Positions 23,809-24,371 of a stretch of DNA of 24,371 bases are shown here, piece after piece. This DNA comes from a bacterium. Lineage in GTDB: Bacteria > Muiribacteriota > UBA6191. Within the stretch, counting starts at the first letter, position 1, and the number at the start of each line of letters is the position of its first letter. The position numbers were made by a program, and so were the translations under genes. The stretch is taken from contig JAYZAC010000189.1 of assembly GCA_036339875.1 (NCBI GenBank), forward strand, positions 1-24,371, given 5' to 3'. Under the pieces are notes generated by a model. The model made no database searches and was not told where the DNA came from. It was given only the letters and a program-made list of their open reading frames with translations.

Positions 23809-24371
23809 ATTTGATTAATTAACTTAGCTTTTATACCATCGTAAGAGTGCAACAAAAGTTCCTGTTTTTCAAGCTGATCGAGAAGGTAATTTACATCACG
23901 AGTGGCTCCTCTAAATCCTAGATAAATTCGATCTTCGCCGTATCTGGTTCCCATAACTTTTGTTAAATCATATATCTGCTCTAATAGCTTCTCTGCTCCA
24001 AAACAGACCTCGATGGTTTTTTCGCTTATTTGTGAGGAGAATCTAGCGAATATACTATCTTTGAGCTTCATTATGTCTTCGCCGGTTCTAGCAGAAACAA
24101 ATATCGCATCATGGTAAATTGACTGAACTAATTTGCGCTCCAGACTTGTATTAAAATTATTCGCATCAATTTTGTTGAATACAAGAAGACGCGGAATATT
24201 ACTTATTTTTAAGTCTTCTAAAACTTTATGCGTATCAGCAATACGACGTTTGTATTCTGGGTCTGAGATATCTACAACATGTAGCAAAAGATGCGCATCT
24301 TGAATTTCTTCAAAAGTCGATCGAAAAGATGCTACGAGTTGATGAGGAAGTTTTTTTATAAAACCAACAGT
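23805..24371 (-). CDS. hflX: Ribosome-splitting GTPase HflX, 3' part (5' end outside the window)
   Basis: The frame is open to the edge: TVGFIKKLPHQLVASFRSTFEEIQDAHLLLHVVDISDP...LVFNKID...FVSARTGE (G3, G4 and G5 motifs of HflX). Confidence 0.96.
   Translation of the reverse strand, partial: TVGFIKKLPHQLVASFRSTFEEIQDAHLLLHVVDISDPEYKRRIADTHKVLEDLKISNIPRLLVFNKIDANNFNTSLERKLVQSIYHDAIFVSARTGEDIMKLKDSIFARFSSQISEKTIEVCFGAEKLLEQIYDLTKVMGTRYGEDRIYLGFRGATRDVNYLLDQLEKQELLLHSYDGIKAKLINQI

Noticed and set aside
5624..24371. Functional clustering of hpf (100S formation) with hflX (ribosome splitting)
   Set aside because: They are about 18 kb apart in separate transcription units, so this is likely coincidental.

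Overview
A 24.4-kb, AT-rich, gene-dense bacterial chromosomal segment. I saw no rRNA, tRNA, CRISPR or mobile element. Two housekeeping blocks have a Firmicutes-like gene order: hpf-secA-prfB on the minus strand and lon-yicC-remA-gmk-rpoZ-priA on the plus strand. They flank an accessory minus-strand block. That block holds three translationally coupled minor-pilin/pseudopilin genes (PilX-, PilV- and PilW-like), an apparent degenerate ECF-sigma/TM/FecR hybrid, and a membrane protein whose acidic cytoplasmic arm carries about 8 FliM-N-like 'LSQxEIDALL' motifs. The window edges hold a partial HD-domain phosphohydrolase (missing from the ORF track) and the 3' part of hflX, which is followed by a PufC-like diheme cytochrome c. 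The most notable observations are: (i) hpf can only start at a non-canonical AUU codon behind a perfect AGGAGG; (ii) the hpf-secA spacer is highly structured and holds a candidate leader ORF whose stop overlaps the secA ATG; (iii) prfB lacks the usual programmed frameshift; (iv) the pilin / sigma-FecR / EIDAL-repeat module is a candidate undescribed surface-sensing system. All family calls come from motif recognition by eye; no database searches were run.
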